Assembly (NCBI GenBank): GCA_021648485.1
Contig: JAKISS010000009.1
Location: 2,061 to 66,060, forward strand
DNA length: 64,000 bases
DNA from: Gammaproteobacteria bacterium
GTDB lineage: Bacteria > Pseudomonadota > Gammaproteobacteria > SZUA-152
Direction: 5' to 3'
Shown: positions 49,129 through 58,677 of the stretch, in pieces
Layout of the letters: each line of letters opens with the position of its first letter
Position numbering within the stretch: the stretch's first letter is position 1
The notes under the pieces: generated by a model
The model's database searches: none
What the model was told of the DNA's origin: nothing
The model's input: only the letters and a program-made list of their open reading frames with translations
Program-made: the position numbers and the translations under genes

Positions 49129-49599
49129 ATGCAATTAACGTTACACACAGATTACGCCTTGCGCGTACTTATTTATCTGGCACAAAAAGACAGCAAATTG
49201 TCAACCATCAGTGAAATCACCGATTTTTACGGTATTTCACGCAACCATCTGGTCAAGGTAGTCCACCATCTGGCACAGGAAGATTTTATTCATACCACCC
49301 GTGGCAAACACGGCGGCATGCGTTTGGCGCGCGCCGCAGAACTGATCTCTATTGGTCAGGTCGTGCGCCGCATGGAGCCTAGCTTTGATCTCGTCGAATG
49401 TTTCAGCAATGACAATCGACCCTGCACCGTTATTCCAATCTGTGCGCTCAAAGGTGTATTACAGCGGGCCGTCAGCGAGTTTCTGGCCTTGCTGGATCAA
49501 TTTACGGTGGCGGATGCCGTGGTGCAAAATCAGACGACGGAACAGATTTTCGCCACTTCGCAACTGTCTACTATAAATAGCACCAAAAATAAAAACTGA
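49129..49599 (+). CDS. nsrR: Rrf2-family nitric-oxide-responsive repressor NsrR
   Basis: MQLTLHTDYALRVLIYLA...ISRNHLVKVVHHLAQEDFIHTTRGKHGGMRLA plus three clustered Cys (ECFSNDNRPCTVIPICAL) for the Fe-S cluster. The start is at the ATG at 49129, preceded by GGAGAAGGAG. Confidence 0.85.
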   Translation: MQLTLHTDYALRVLIYLAQKDSKLSTISEITDFYGISRNHLVKVVHHLAQEDFIHTTRGKHGGMRLARAAELISIGQVVRRMEPSFDLVECFSNDNRPCTVIPICALKGVLQRAVSEFLALLDQFTVADAVVQNQTTEQIFATSQLSTINSTKNKN

Positions 49600-49843
49600 C
49601 AGTTCCACAATACAGGTATTTCCCCTAAACCTTCCCTGCAAGGGCACAAACCGCTAATATACGCGGTTCGATTTTGCGACACTTTAAAAAATGCGGCCTC
49701 GCAATGTCACCAAGATATCCGTTACCCGGCGTTATTTAATCGCTATGGGTAATCGCGTCGCACAGGTTTACGGAAACATCCGCGACCCAGCGCGCCCAGT
49801 TTTTTACTAGAAAGTTTCGAAATAAAAGTTTGAGGAGAACAAT

Positions 49844-50731
49844 ATGTCCCAAAAGCATCCTGTTATTGCTGTGACCGGCTCTTCCGGCGCGGGTACCACT
49901 ACGGTTAAAAACGCCTTTGAGCACATTTTCCGCCGCGAAAACATCAACCCTCTGGTGGTAGAAGGTGACAGCTTCCATCGTTATGATCGTGCCGCAATGA
50001 AACAGGCTATCGAAGAATTTGCCGCCAAAAACAAACAGCTCAGTCACTTTGGCCCGGAATCCAACCACTTTGATCTGGTTGCCGATACCTTTAAAGCCTA
50101 CGGCGAGACCGGCAAATGCCGCCGCCGTTATTATCTGCACAGCGATGAAGAAGCCGCTGAGCATAATGCGCGCCTGGGCACTGATCTCACTCCCGGCCAA
50201 TTCACTCCCTGGGAAGACATTACCGAAGAAACTGACGTATTGTTTTACGAAGGTCTGCACGGTGGCGCAGTGGATGGTGACGTGGATGTGGCTTCACACA
50301 CCGACCTGTTGGTGGGTGTGGTGCCTATCGTTAATCTGGAGTGGATTCAAAAGATTCATCGCGACAATGCGCAACGTGGCTATAGCGCCGAGGCCATTGT
50401 TGACACCATCCTGCGTCGTATGGATGACTATGTTCATTACATCACGCCGCAGTTCTCACGCACCGACATCAATTTCCAGCGCGTGCCCACAGTGGATACC
50501 TCCAACCCTTTCATCGCTCGTGATATCCCTACACCCGATGAAAGTTTTATCGTTATTCGCTTCCGCGACCCCGACGGTACCGATTTCCCTTACCTGCTGA
50601 ACATGATCGGCGATTCGTTCATGTCCCGCCCCAACACCATCGTGGTGCCGGGTGGCAAAATGGGCTTTGCCATGGAGCTGATTCTCGCACCACGCATTCA
50701 TCAGTTAGTCGAGGATAAAAAGGGCCGTTAA
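49844..50731 (+). CDS. cbbP: Phosphoribulokinase
   Basis: MSQKHPVIAVTGSSGAGTTTVK is a P-loop. The length of 295 aa and the overall sequence are typical of bacterial class I PRK. Confidence 0.9.
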   Translation: MSQKHPVIAVTGSSGAGTTTVKNAFEHIFRRENINPLVVEGDSFHRYDRAAMKQAIEEFAAKNKQLSHFGPESNHFDLVADTFKAYGETGKCRRRYYLHSDEEAAEHNARLGTDLTPGQFTPWEDITEETDVLFYEGLHGGAVDGDVDVASHTDLLVGVVPIVNLEWIQKIHRDNAQRGYSAEAIVDTILRRMDDYVHYITPQFSRTDINFQRVPTVDTSNPFIARDIPTPDESFIVIRFRDPDGTDFPYLLNMIGDSFMSRPNTIVVPGGKMGFAMELILAPRIHQLVEDKKGR

Positions 50732-50797
50732 TCCACCGATGAAATGTTATCTGGATTCTGCAAGTGATCGTGCTTGCGTGATGCCAGGATTTAGATG

Positions 50798-52855
50798 TCA
50801 CCTTTTTGACAGCAACAGGCAGCCGCTGGCATCGGGGCGGCAAAACCAGCCCGGCGCGAGATAGGTGGTGGAGACGGTTTCGGTGATCAGTGCAGGCCCA
50901 CGAATTTCAGCAGGCAGACTTTCCCGTACATAAACCGGTACGTGTGTTTTGATACCGGCCAGCGATACGTGGGGCGTGGCGGGTATTTTGTGGGCAGATT
51001 TTGTTTTGTGGCCTGATTGCAATGTCAGTGGGAGAGGGGGTGGGCTGTGTATTTTTACGCGCAGCGTTACCAGTTCTACAGGCTGTTGCAAGCTGTGGCC
51101 GTACAACGCCGCATGCCGTTCATGAAATTGTCGGGTCACGCAGGTTATCGCCTGCCCAATGGTCTGGGTGTTGAAAAACGTTGTGCGGTTCGCCGATAAT
51201 GCAACCGGCAAATTGATCACAAACGATTGCCCCCGGTAACGCAGGTCCATGCTGGGCGATATTTTGATGCTGCCTGCATCCACGCCTTCGTCGATCAAGG
51301 CTTCACGACCCCGTTTTGCCAATGTGGTTATGGCCTGCTGCACGTCACGTAGCAACGGCCCATTGGGCACCGTTGAAAGTTGCTGTTGCAGTGTATGAGA
51401 CAGATAACGCGCCCGTGGTGCCACCAGCATGCCCAGCGCCGACAATACACCGGCATGGACGGGCACCAGCGCCCGTGACATTTCCAATGCTTCGGCCAGC
51501 GCACAGACATGCAGTCCTCCGGCACCGCCAAAGGAGGTCAGTGTCAATTGTGCCGCATCGACACCGCGTTGCACCGACATCACCCGCAAAGCACGCGCCA
51601 TGTGCTCGTTGGCGACATCAATAATGCCTTGCGCTGTTTGTTCGAGAGAAAGGTTAAGTGTTTTGGCCAACGGTGCAATGGCCGCGCGCGCGGCAGTTTC
51701 ATCCAGTGTCATGTGGCCACCGAGAAAAGCATCGCTACGCAAACGGCCTAACAGCAAATTGGCGTCGGTGACAGTGGCCTGCATGTTAATTCCATCAATG
51801 TTCCGCCCGTAACAGGCAGGGCCGGGGTCAGCACCCGCAGATTCCGGCCCTACCCGCAACAGCCCGCCGCTGTCGATGCGCGCAATGGACCCGCCACCTG
51901 CGCCAATGGTATGCATGTCCACCATGGGTACACCGACCGGATAGGCACCAATACGGCCTTCGGTGGTCAACGGCAGATCGCCGCTCTGTGTATTGTCCAG
52001 TAGTGCCACATCGGTAGAAGTGCCGCCCATGTCGAAACTCAGCAGGCGATGGCAGCCTGCAAGATTGCCTACGTATTGCGCACCGGCCAGCCCCCCTGCG
52101 GGCCCGGATAGCAACATGTGTACGGCCTCTTCTCCCGCCTGTGCAGCATCAATAGTGCCGCCCGCGCTTTGCATGACAGCCACCTGCGCCTGCGAAACGC
52201 CCGCGCATAAGCGTTGCAGGTAGCCTTGCACCAGCGGGCCGACGCTGGCATTAAGCCAGGTGGTGATACCACGTTCGTATTCACGAGGTTCAGGCAGAAT
52301 ATGCGATGAGCGCGAGACAAACATACCGTCAGGCACGATTTCGGCGATACGTTTTTCAAAATGCCCGTCCAGCCAGGAAAATAGCAGGTTGATAGCCACA
52401 GCTTGTGGCTTCAGTATTTCCAGGGTGCTGCGTAAGGTGCGCAAATCAGATTCGGTGAGCGTTTCCAGCACGCTGCCATCGGCACCCAGCCGTCCCCCTG
52501 TTTCCAGGCACAGTTCGCGTGGCACAGGTGGTGCAACAGGAGCTGGATTGAGATTGTAGAGTTCGGTGCGTGCCTGACGGCCGATGGTGAGCAGGTCACG
52601 CAGGCCGGTGTTGGTGATGAACACAGTGCGCACACCTTTGCCTTCAAGCACGGCATTGGTAGCAACGGTGGAGCCATGCACCACCAGCAGCTCGCCACAA
52701 CCACCCAGCCCCAGTTCGCGAATGCCTTGCAGAATGGCTTGTTCCGGTGCTTGCGGGGTGGATAATACCTTATGTATGCGCAAGCTCGGTGACTCATCAG
52801 AGAGCAACACAAAATCGGTGAAAGTACCGCCGGTGTCGATCCCTAAAAGTGGCAT
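50798..52855 (-). CDS. Hydantoinase/oxoprolinase family protein (HyuA-type, A subunit only)
   Basis: 685 aa with MPLLGIDTGGTFTDFV, an ASKHA-fold phosphate-1 motif, and FDMGGTSTDVAL. No HyuB-type partner lies adjacent. Confidence 0.85.
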   Translation of the reverse strand: MPLLGIDTGGTFTDFVLLSDESPSLRIHKVLSTPQAPEQAILQGIRELGLGGCGELLVVHGSTVATNAVLEGKGVRTVFITNTGLRDLLTIGRQARTELYNLNPAPVAPPVPRELCLETGGRLGADGSVLETLTESDLRTLRSTLEILKPQAVAINLLFSWLDGHFEKRIAEIVPDGMFVSRSSHILPEPREYERGITTWLNASVGPLVQGYLQRLCAGVSQAQVAVMQSAGGTIDAAQAGEEAVHMLLSGPAGGLAGAQYVGNLAGCHRLLSFDMGGTSTDVALLDNTQSGDLPLTTEGRIGAYPVGVPMVDMHTIGAGGGSIARIDSGGLLRVGPESAGADPGPACYGRNIDGINMQATVTDANLLLGRLRSDAFLGGHMTLDETAARAAIAPLAKTLNLSLEQTAQGIIDVANEHMARALRVMSVQRGVDAAQLTLTSFGGAGGLHVCALAEALEMSRALVPVHAGVLSALGMLVAPRARYLSHTLQQQLSTVPNGPLLRDVQQAITTLAKRGREALIDEGVDAGSIKISPSMDLRYRGQSFVINLPVALSANRTTFFNTQTIGQAITCVTRQFHERHAALYGHSLQQPVELVTLRVKIHSPPPLPLTLQSGHKTKSAHKIPATPHVSLAGIKTHVPVYVRESLPAEIRGPALITETVSTTYLAPGWFCRPDASGCLLLSKR

Positions 52856-52870
52856 GCGTGAATCAGAACG

Positions 52871-53935
52871 TTATGCATCTGCGATAACAACGCAGTTACG
52901 ACCGGCGGCTTTGGCCGCGTAGAGTGCCTTGTCGGCACGGGCCAATATTGAATCGGTTGTTTCGTCGGCGTGCGCAGCAGCAACGCCGAGACTGATGCTG
53001 ACCTGTATTTCCAAGCCTTGCAGATTAATGGGTTGGCTGTGTACATGCTCGCGAATACGTTCTGCGATATTTTTTGAGGTGGTCAGGCTTGCGCCATTGA
53101 GCACCAGCAAAAACTCTTCGCCGCCATAACGACCGACCTCATCAAAATCACGCAGAGCAGAACGAATCCGGTTCGCCACTTCGGCAAGCACCTTGTCGCC
53201 CATCAGATGGCCATGGGTATCGTTGACCTCTTTAAAGAGATCAATGTCCGCCATAATGGCCACTACCGGATGGCTTTCTTGCCTCGGTTGTTGCAGCACC
53301 CTCCCCAACGCATCGATAATGGTTTTACGGTTTGCCAGACCGGTCAGTGAGTCAGTGGCAGCATCCATGCGCAGAGTTTTTTGCTGGCGTTGTGAGCGAT
53401 CCAGTGATTCTTCCAGAGCTCTTACATGAGTAAGATGATAGGTCTCGATGGCCAGTGACATATCCAGCGCAATAATCTTATGCATAAAGGTGGTAAGCTT
53501 GCGGGCATCGGTGTGCTGGTAATCGATGTGCCGGAGAATCAGATCGCCGAGATAACGGTAGGCGCATTGATACAGGCTCAGACTCAAGCCTACCCACACA
53601 TGAGCCTGGCCCACGCGCAGACGTGATTCGAAATAATCAGCCTGATCAAAGGCAATACCCAGATTCAGCAGATATTGTGATTGTGCTTGTCTGAGACGAA
53701 CCACCAGCTCATCGTCCACCAGCAAGATACGTGCTTCCTCCAGAGTGGGGAGCCACTCGTAAAAGGTGGCTACGATGGTGTCGGCATTCGGCTGGATAAT
53801 GTCCTTCTGGAGTTGTTGAGCAGTGGTATGATCGGTGGTACCGAGTTCCAGCCATTGCAGGCGCTCGGTAATTTTGTCGGCATCAAAACCGAATTTTTCA
53901 CAATAAGTCAGAGACATATAGATGCTGTGTGCCAC
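52871..53935 (-). CDS. Globin-coupled sensor diguanylate cyclase (sensor globin plus GGDEF)
   Basis: The N-terminal ~160 aa fit a protoglobin/sensor-globin pattern (FYEWL...YLLNLGIAF...RLRVGQAHVWVGL). A coiled linker follows, then a GGDEF domain with GRYGGEEF and an RxxD-like site upstream. Confidence 0.75.
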   Translation of the reverse strand: MAHSIYMSLTYCEKFGFDADKITERLQWLELGTTDHTTAQQLQKDIIQPNADTIVATFYEWLPTLEEARILLVDDELVVRLRQAQSQYLLNLGIAFDQADYFESRLRVGQAHVWVGLSLSLYQCAYRYLGDLILRHIDYQHTDARKLTTFMHKIIALDMSLAIETYHLTHVRALEESLDRSQRQQKTLRMDAATDSLTGLANRKTIIDALGRVLQQPRQESHPVVAIMADIDLFKEVNDTHGHLMGDKVLAEVANRIRSALRDFDEVGRYGGEEFLLVLNGASLTTSKNIAERIREHVHSQPINLQGLEIQVSISLGVAAAHADETTDSILARADKALYAAKAAGRNCVVIADA

Positions 53936-54055
53936 TTTGTTGAATTGCCGGTTATGTTGAACCGCTGTTTGAACTTTGCGGCTACGAATATATCATAGGC
54001 TTCGAGAGAGCATAGTCTACGTCCACCGATATTTTATCGACTCAAGAGCCATAAC

Positions 54056-55045
54056 ATGACAGACGACATCCTTATCAAGGTTGAACAGCTGACGCGATAC
54101 TATGGTGTGCAAGCGACGAACGACACCGTACGGGCTGCCGTGGACAACATCAGTTTTGAAGTACGACGAGGTGAAGTGCTGGGTTTTCTCGGCCCTAACG
54201 GCGCAGGTAAATCGACCACTATGCGCATGATTACTGGCAACCTTGCTCCCAGCCATGGACGAATCACGATCAATGGCATCGATATTCTTGATAAACCCAA
54301 ACAGGCCAAAGCGGATATCGGCTTTCTGCCGGAGATACCACCGCTCTACCGCGAACTGACGGTGGATGAATACTTGCAGTTTTGTGCCCGCCTTAACCGT
54401 ATCCCTCGTGATAAACAGACAAACGCCATCGGTTCGGCCAAAGCACGTTGTGGGCTGAGTGACGTAGGCAAACGTCTTATTAGCAACCTTTCCAAGGGTT
54501 ATCAGCAGCGAGTGGGCATTGCCCAGGCGATTATTCATTCACCTGCGGTGGTCGTACTGGATGAACCCACGGTGGGGCTTGATCCCATTCAGATTCGTGA
54601 AATACGCCACCTGATTCGTGAACTCAGCAATGAACACAGCGTGATTTTGAGCACACACATTTTGCCAGAGGTCCAGGCCACCTGTGACCGGGTGCAAATT
54701 ATCAACCAAGGCAAGCTGGTATTGAGTGACAGCATCGAAGGACTGGTACAGCGCATGCAAACTTCCAGCTTGCGGCTGCGCACAAAAAACCGGACAAATA
54801 ATAATCTCCTGTTGGCGATTGAAGGTATTGTTGCTGTAGATATGATTGATGAGGATTGTGTGCAAATCAAACATAAACCAGAGATTAATCCAGCAACAGC
54901 GATAGCAAAAATGACAGTAGAGCAAGGCTGGGAATTGTTGGAGTTGACACCGGAGCGGCGTTCACTGGAAGAAATTTTTGTGGACATCACTACGGCAGAA
55001 CAAACTGCGGACGAACAGACTGAAAAAGCCGGGGTGGCCGCCTGA
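54056..55045 (+). CDS. ABC transporter ATP-binding protein (ABC-2/GldA-like)
   Basis: Walker A GPNGAGKST, signature LSKGYQQR, and Walker B VVVLDEPTVGLD. Confidence 0.9.
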   Translation: MTDDILIKVEQLTRYYGVQATNDTVRAAVDNISFEVRRGEVLGFLGPNGAGKSTTMRMITGNLAPSHGRITINGIDILDKPKQAKADIGFLPEIPPLYRELTVDEYLQFCARLNRIPRDKQTNAIGSAKARCGLSDVGKRLISNLSKGYQQRVGIAQAIIHSPAVVVLDEPTVGLDPIQIREIRHLIRELSNEHSVILSTHILPEVQATCDRVQIINQGKLVLSDSIEGLVQRMQTSSLRLRTKNRTNNNLLLAIEGIVAVDMIDEDCVQIKHKPEINPATAIAKMTVEQGWELLELTPERRSLEEIFVDITTAEQTADEQTEKAGVAA

Positions 55046-55797
55046 TGGTTTTCACCCTTGCAGCACGCGAATTACGTTCAATGTTTCTGTCACCCATGGC
55101 CTGGGTGATTCTGGCCGTGATCAGCGCTCTGTGCGCCTATTTTTTCCTGCTTTATATTGACCTTTATTTACAGTTACAGCCACGGCTTGCCGCCACACCC
55201 AACGCCCCCGGCATAACCGATATCATCGTCATGCCGCTGTTCAGCACCGCTGCCACAATACTGCTATTGGTAACCCCTCTGCTCACCATGCGTCTGATTA
55301 GTGAAGAACGCCGCAGCCAGACATTAAGCCTGCTGATGAGTGCGCCGGTCTCTATGACTGAAATTATCCTGGGAAAATTTCTTGGTGTATTTGCTTTTGT
55401 CTCACTGATGTTGGCATTGGTTGCAGTTATGCCTCTGAGCCTGTTGGCAGGAGGCGAAATTGACATCGGGTTATGGGCATCGGGCCTGTTAGGATTGGTT
55501 TTGTTGTTGGCCAGCTTTTGCAGCCTTGGCTTGTATGTTTCCACACTCACCACTCAGCCCACAGTTGCGGCAGTGGCGACCTTCGGGCTGTTGCTATTAT
55601 TATGGGTGTTAAATTTGGCAGGCAGCACTGGCAATGAGGGCGGTGGCGTGCTGAGCTATCTTTCTCTGTTGAGCCATTACCAACCCTTATTAAAAGGAAT
55701 TTTTAGCAGTACAGATATTATTTATTATCTGTTGTTGATTTCCAGTTGCCTGGTGCTCAGTGTGCGGCGGCTGGATGCTGATCGTTTGCAACACTAA
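55045..55797 (+). CDS. ABC-2 type transporter permease (GldF-like)
   Basis: 250 aa with six hydrophobic segments. The start overlaps the ATPase stop as TGATG. Confidence 0.8.
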   Translation: MVFTLAARELRSMFLSPMAWVILAVISALCAYFFLLYIDLYLQLQPRLAATPNAPGITDIIVMPLFSTAATILLLVTPLLTMRLISEERRSQTLSLLMSAPVSMTEIILGKFLGVFAFVSLMLALVAVMPLSLLAGGEIDIGLWASGLLGLVLLLASFCSLGLYVSTLTTQPTVAAVATFGLLLLLWVLNLAGSTGNEGGGVLSYLSLLSHYQPLLKGIFSSTDIIYYLLLISSCLVLSVRRLDADRLQH

Positions 55798-55992
55798 ATG
55801 TGAATTAAGAGCTAAAGCACTTTTTGCTAAAAATACTATGCCCTCTGCGGTCTCTGTGTTAAATATCCGGTAATTTTTAAAAAAGAGTGTTTTTAGCGTT
55901 TAATTCATATACCGGTACACTGCCAAACAAAGCTATTTTGACGTTTTATTTTTCGCAGATTATTTATCCCCGGAAAGGGAAGGAGAAAGCAC

Positions 55993-56364
55993 ATGGACAA
56001 ACACCTTTATTATTATCGTGCAAAAGTACAATCTGTTTACGACGGTGATACCTGTACGCTAAATATCGATTTAGGTATGGGCGCTTGGCTGCATCATGAA
56101 AAAATTCGCCTGGCGCGGATTAACACTCCGGAATTGCGTGGTGACGAACGCCCTGCTGGTTTGCTGGCACGGGACTTTGTACGCAACATATTGATGCCTG
56201 ATAACGAGCCGGGAAAAGACATCTGGATCAGCACGGAAAAAGATAAAAAAGGAAAATACGGTCGTTACATCGCCGATATCTGGATTAAAGATGGCAAAGG
56301 AGAGCCCTACAATGTTAATGATGCCCTGGTGAATGCCGGACATGCAAAATATGTACAGTATTAA
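55993..56364 (+). CDS. Small thermonuclease (SNase-like) family protein
   Basis: YDGDTCTLNIDLG...IRLARINTPELRG...KYGRYIADIW...NDALVNAGHA are SNase motifs in a 123-aa protein without a signal peptide. Confidence 0.7.
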   Translation: MDKHLYYYRAKVQSVYDGDTCTLNIDLGMGAWLHHEKIRLARINTPELRGDERPAGLLARDFVRNILMPDNEPGKDIWISTEKDKKGKYGRYIADIWIKDGKGEPYNVNDALVNAGHAKYVQY

Positions 56365-56388
56365 TTTAACTTTTTATATCAGCATTCA

Positions 56389-57762
56389 ATGTTAGTTACC
56401 TCAAAAACGCGGGTTTACACCCGGCTGCAAGGCATAGTGTTTACCGTTTTATTTCTTGCGGTGATAGGTATGCTGGCCTGGTTGAGTACCCGTTACAGTT
56501 TTACTGCGGACTGGACAGCCAACAACCGTAATACCCTGTCCGAAGCCAGCAGTGAATTGCTCCAGCAATTGGACGGGCCGGTTAGCATTACCAGTTATGC
56601 CACAGAAGATGAATCAGTGCGTCGTGCAGTACGTGAACTGGTTGACCGTTATCGGCGTCACAAAGCAGATTTAACACTACAGTTTGTCAACCCGGATCTG
56701 GAGCCCGAAACCGTGCGGGCACTGGGCATTCGTGTTAACGGTGAATTGCGCGTTGAATATCAAGCCCGTGCAGAAAATTTACAACGCCTTTCCGAGCAAG
56801 GTCTCACCAATATGCTGCAACGTCTGGCGCGCAGTGGTGAACGCTGGCTGGTGTTTATTGAAGGCCACGGCGAACGCAAACCACAAGGGGTTGCTAATCA
56901 TGACCTGGGGCAGTGGTCACAACAACTCACCGCCAAAGGTTTTAACGTGCAAACGCATAATCTGGTGCAAAACCCTCAATTGCCGGAAAACACCCAGGTA
57001 CTGGTATTGGCAGGGCCACAAACGGACTTGTTACCGGGTGAAGTGGCGATGATTAATCAGTATGTGGCAGGCGGCGGCAATTTATTATGGTTAACGGATC
57101 CCTCTGAAAATAAAAATCAATACGGGCTGACACCGTTGGCGACACAACTTGGTATCGATTTTGAGCCAGGTATGATTGTTGATCCTACAACACAGGTATT
57201 GGGTGTCAGCGACCCGCGCTTTGCCTTGGTGGCCGATTATACGGGGCATGCAATCACCCGGGGTTTTGATGCGCTGACCCTGTTTCCGCAAAGTCATGGT
57301 CTAACCATTACACCGCCTGATGGCTGGCAGGCACGGATTATTTTACAGACTGAAAAGCGCAGCTGGTCCGAAACCGGAGACATATCAGGCTCGATTCAAT
57401 TTGATGCCGCCGATGATGTGCCTGGACCGTTGACGCTGGGGGTCGCTCTGACACGCGCGTTATCGGTTGATGATAGCGAACCACCGCAAGAAGAGCAGCG
57501 TATTGTCATTACCGGCGACGGAGACTTTCTCTCCAACGCCTATCTCGGTAATGGTGCGAACCTGCTGTTAGGCATGAATATGGTTAACTGGCTGGCCAAT
57601 GATGATCAGTTGATTAACATTCCTGTTAAAACAGCAACCGACCGGAATTTGCAATTGTCATCACTGGCGCAAGGCATGATCGGTTTCGGTTTTCTGTTTG
57701 TGTTGCCGCTATTGCTCGCGAGTAGCGGCTTCTTGATCTGGTGGAAACGACGTAAACGCTGA
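56389..57762 (+). CDS. GldG-family ABC-transporter auxiliary protein
   Basis: 457 aa with N- and C-terminal transmembrane anchors and a large periplasmic domain. It sits after the ABC-2 ATPase and permease, and the sequence pattern is typical of GldG. Confidence 0.75.
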   Translation: MLVTSKTRVYTRLQGIVFTVLFLAVIGMLAWLSTRYSFTADWTANNRNTLSEASSELLQQLDGPVSITSYATEDESVRRAVRELVDRYRRHKADLTLQFVNPDLEPETVRALGIRVNGELRVEYQARAENLQRLSEQGLTNMLQRLARSGERWLVFIEGHGERKPQGVANHDLGQWSQQLTAKGFNVQTHNLVQNPQLPENTQVLVLAGPQTDLLPGEVAMINQYVAGGGNLLWLTDPSENKNQYGLTPLATQLGIDFEPGMIVDPTTQVLGVSDPRFALVADYTGHAITRGFDALTLFPQSHGLTITPPDGWQARIILQTEKRSWSETGDISGSIQFDAADDVPGPLTLGVALTRALSVDDSEPPQEEQRIVITGDGDFLSNAYLGNGANLLLGMNMVNWLANDDQLINIPVKTATDRNLQLSSLAQGMIGFGFLFVLPLLLASSGFLIWWKRRKR

Positions 57763-57784
57763 TGATTTATTTTGGTTACAGATT

Positions 57785-58675
57785 ATGGCATTTATTGTGA
57801 ACCCCAAAACCCTGCTCAATATTTTTTTGGCGCTGATGCTGGTCGGCCTGTTGGCGCTGGTGATTTACGAGCCAGGAAAAACAGAATCACCGGATACCAA
57901 AAAACTCACTGTACTTGATCCCGACACCGTGCAAAAAATCAGCATCGAAAGGCTTGGTCGTCCATCGCTGTTGTTAACAAAAAAATCCGGCCATTGGCAA
58001 ATGCAAAAACCGTTGATAATGCCTGCCAATGCCGGGCGCATTCAACAACTGTTAAAAATTACCCAGGCCAAAAGTATCGCAAATTATGCCATGAGCCGCG
58101 TGGATACCAATCAATTGCAACTTGACACCCCCAGCCTGTCATTGAAACTGGATGATGTACTGTTGCGCTTCGGCACCACCGATGCTCTGGGTGGCAGTCG
58201 GTATGTGCAAGTGGGAAATACGGTGCATCTCATCACTGACAAATATAGCCACTTGATGAAAGGAGCCGCAACGGAATTTGTCAGTCCCACACTGTTGCCG
58301 CAGGGCAGTGTTATTGAGAAACTCATTTTGCCTGATTTGCGATTGACACAACAGGATGGTCATTGGTCAGTCGATGGACATGAAGCTGATGCTGAAGCTG
58401 ATGCCATTCAAATGCTGCTGGATGAATGGCGGCATGCGCGTGCCTTTCGTGTGAGCCTGATAGACAAAAATGAGGCGATAGTGAAAGAAAACGTTGTCAT
58501 AACGATTAGCAAAAATATTGATTCTATTGGTAAACAGGTACTACGATTTACTGTGTTGCGCAGTGCAGCCGGAATCATTTTGCAACGTGCAGAGCTGGGT
58601 ATCCAATATCACCTCCCTCTGGAAGCCGGTCAGCGTCTGCTTGCCCTGCCCGCCACTGCCGAACTCGCGCAATAG
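57785..58675 (+). CDS. DUF4340 domain protein
   Basis: 296 aa with an N-terminal transmembrane segment. It lies immediately after the GldG-like gene, which is the usual partner arrangement. The family label is from memory. Confidence 0.6.
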   Translation: MAFIVNPKTLLNIFLALMLVGLLALVIYEPGKTESPDTKKLTVLDPDTVQKISIERLGRPSLLLTKKSGHWQMQKPLIMPANAGRIQQLLKITQAKSIANYAMSRVDTNQLQLDTPSLSLKLDDVLLRFGTTDALGGSRYVQVGNTVHLITDKYSHLMKGAATEFVSPTLLPQGSVIEKLILPDLRLTQQDGHWSVDGHEADAEADAIQMLLDEWRHARAFRVSLIDKNEAIVKENVVITISKNIDSIGKQVLRFTVLRSAAGIILQRAELGIQYHLPLEAGQRLLALPATAELAQ

Positions 58676-58677
58676 TT

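Noticed and set aside
49600-49843. A possible CbbR/LysR T-N11-A operator upstream of phosphoribulokinase (ttactagaaagtttcgaaataaaag).
   Set aside because: T-N11-A motifs are too degenerate to call by eye, and the window has no adjacent cbbR or other cbb genes to support it.
49736-50260. A 174-aa minus-strand ORF overlaps the 5' end of phosphoribulokinase.
   Set aside because: It is antisense to a canonical PRK with an intact P-loop, so it is a shadow ORF.
54017-54538. A 173-aa minus-strand ORF overlaps the ABC ATPase gene.
   Set aside because: It is antisense to a gene with intact Walker A, signature and Walker B motifs.
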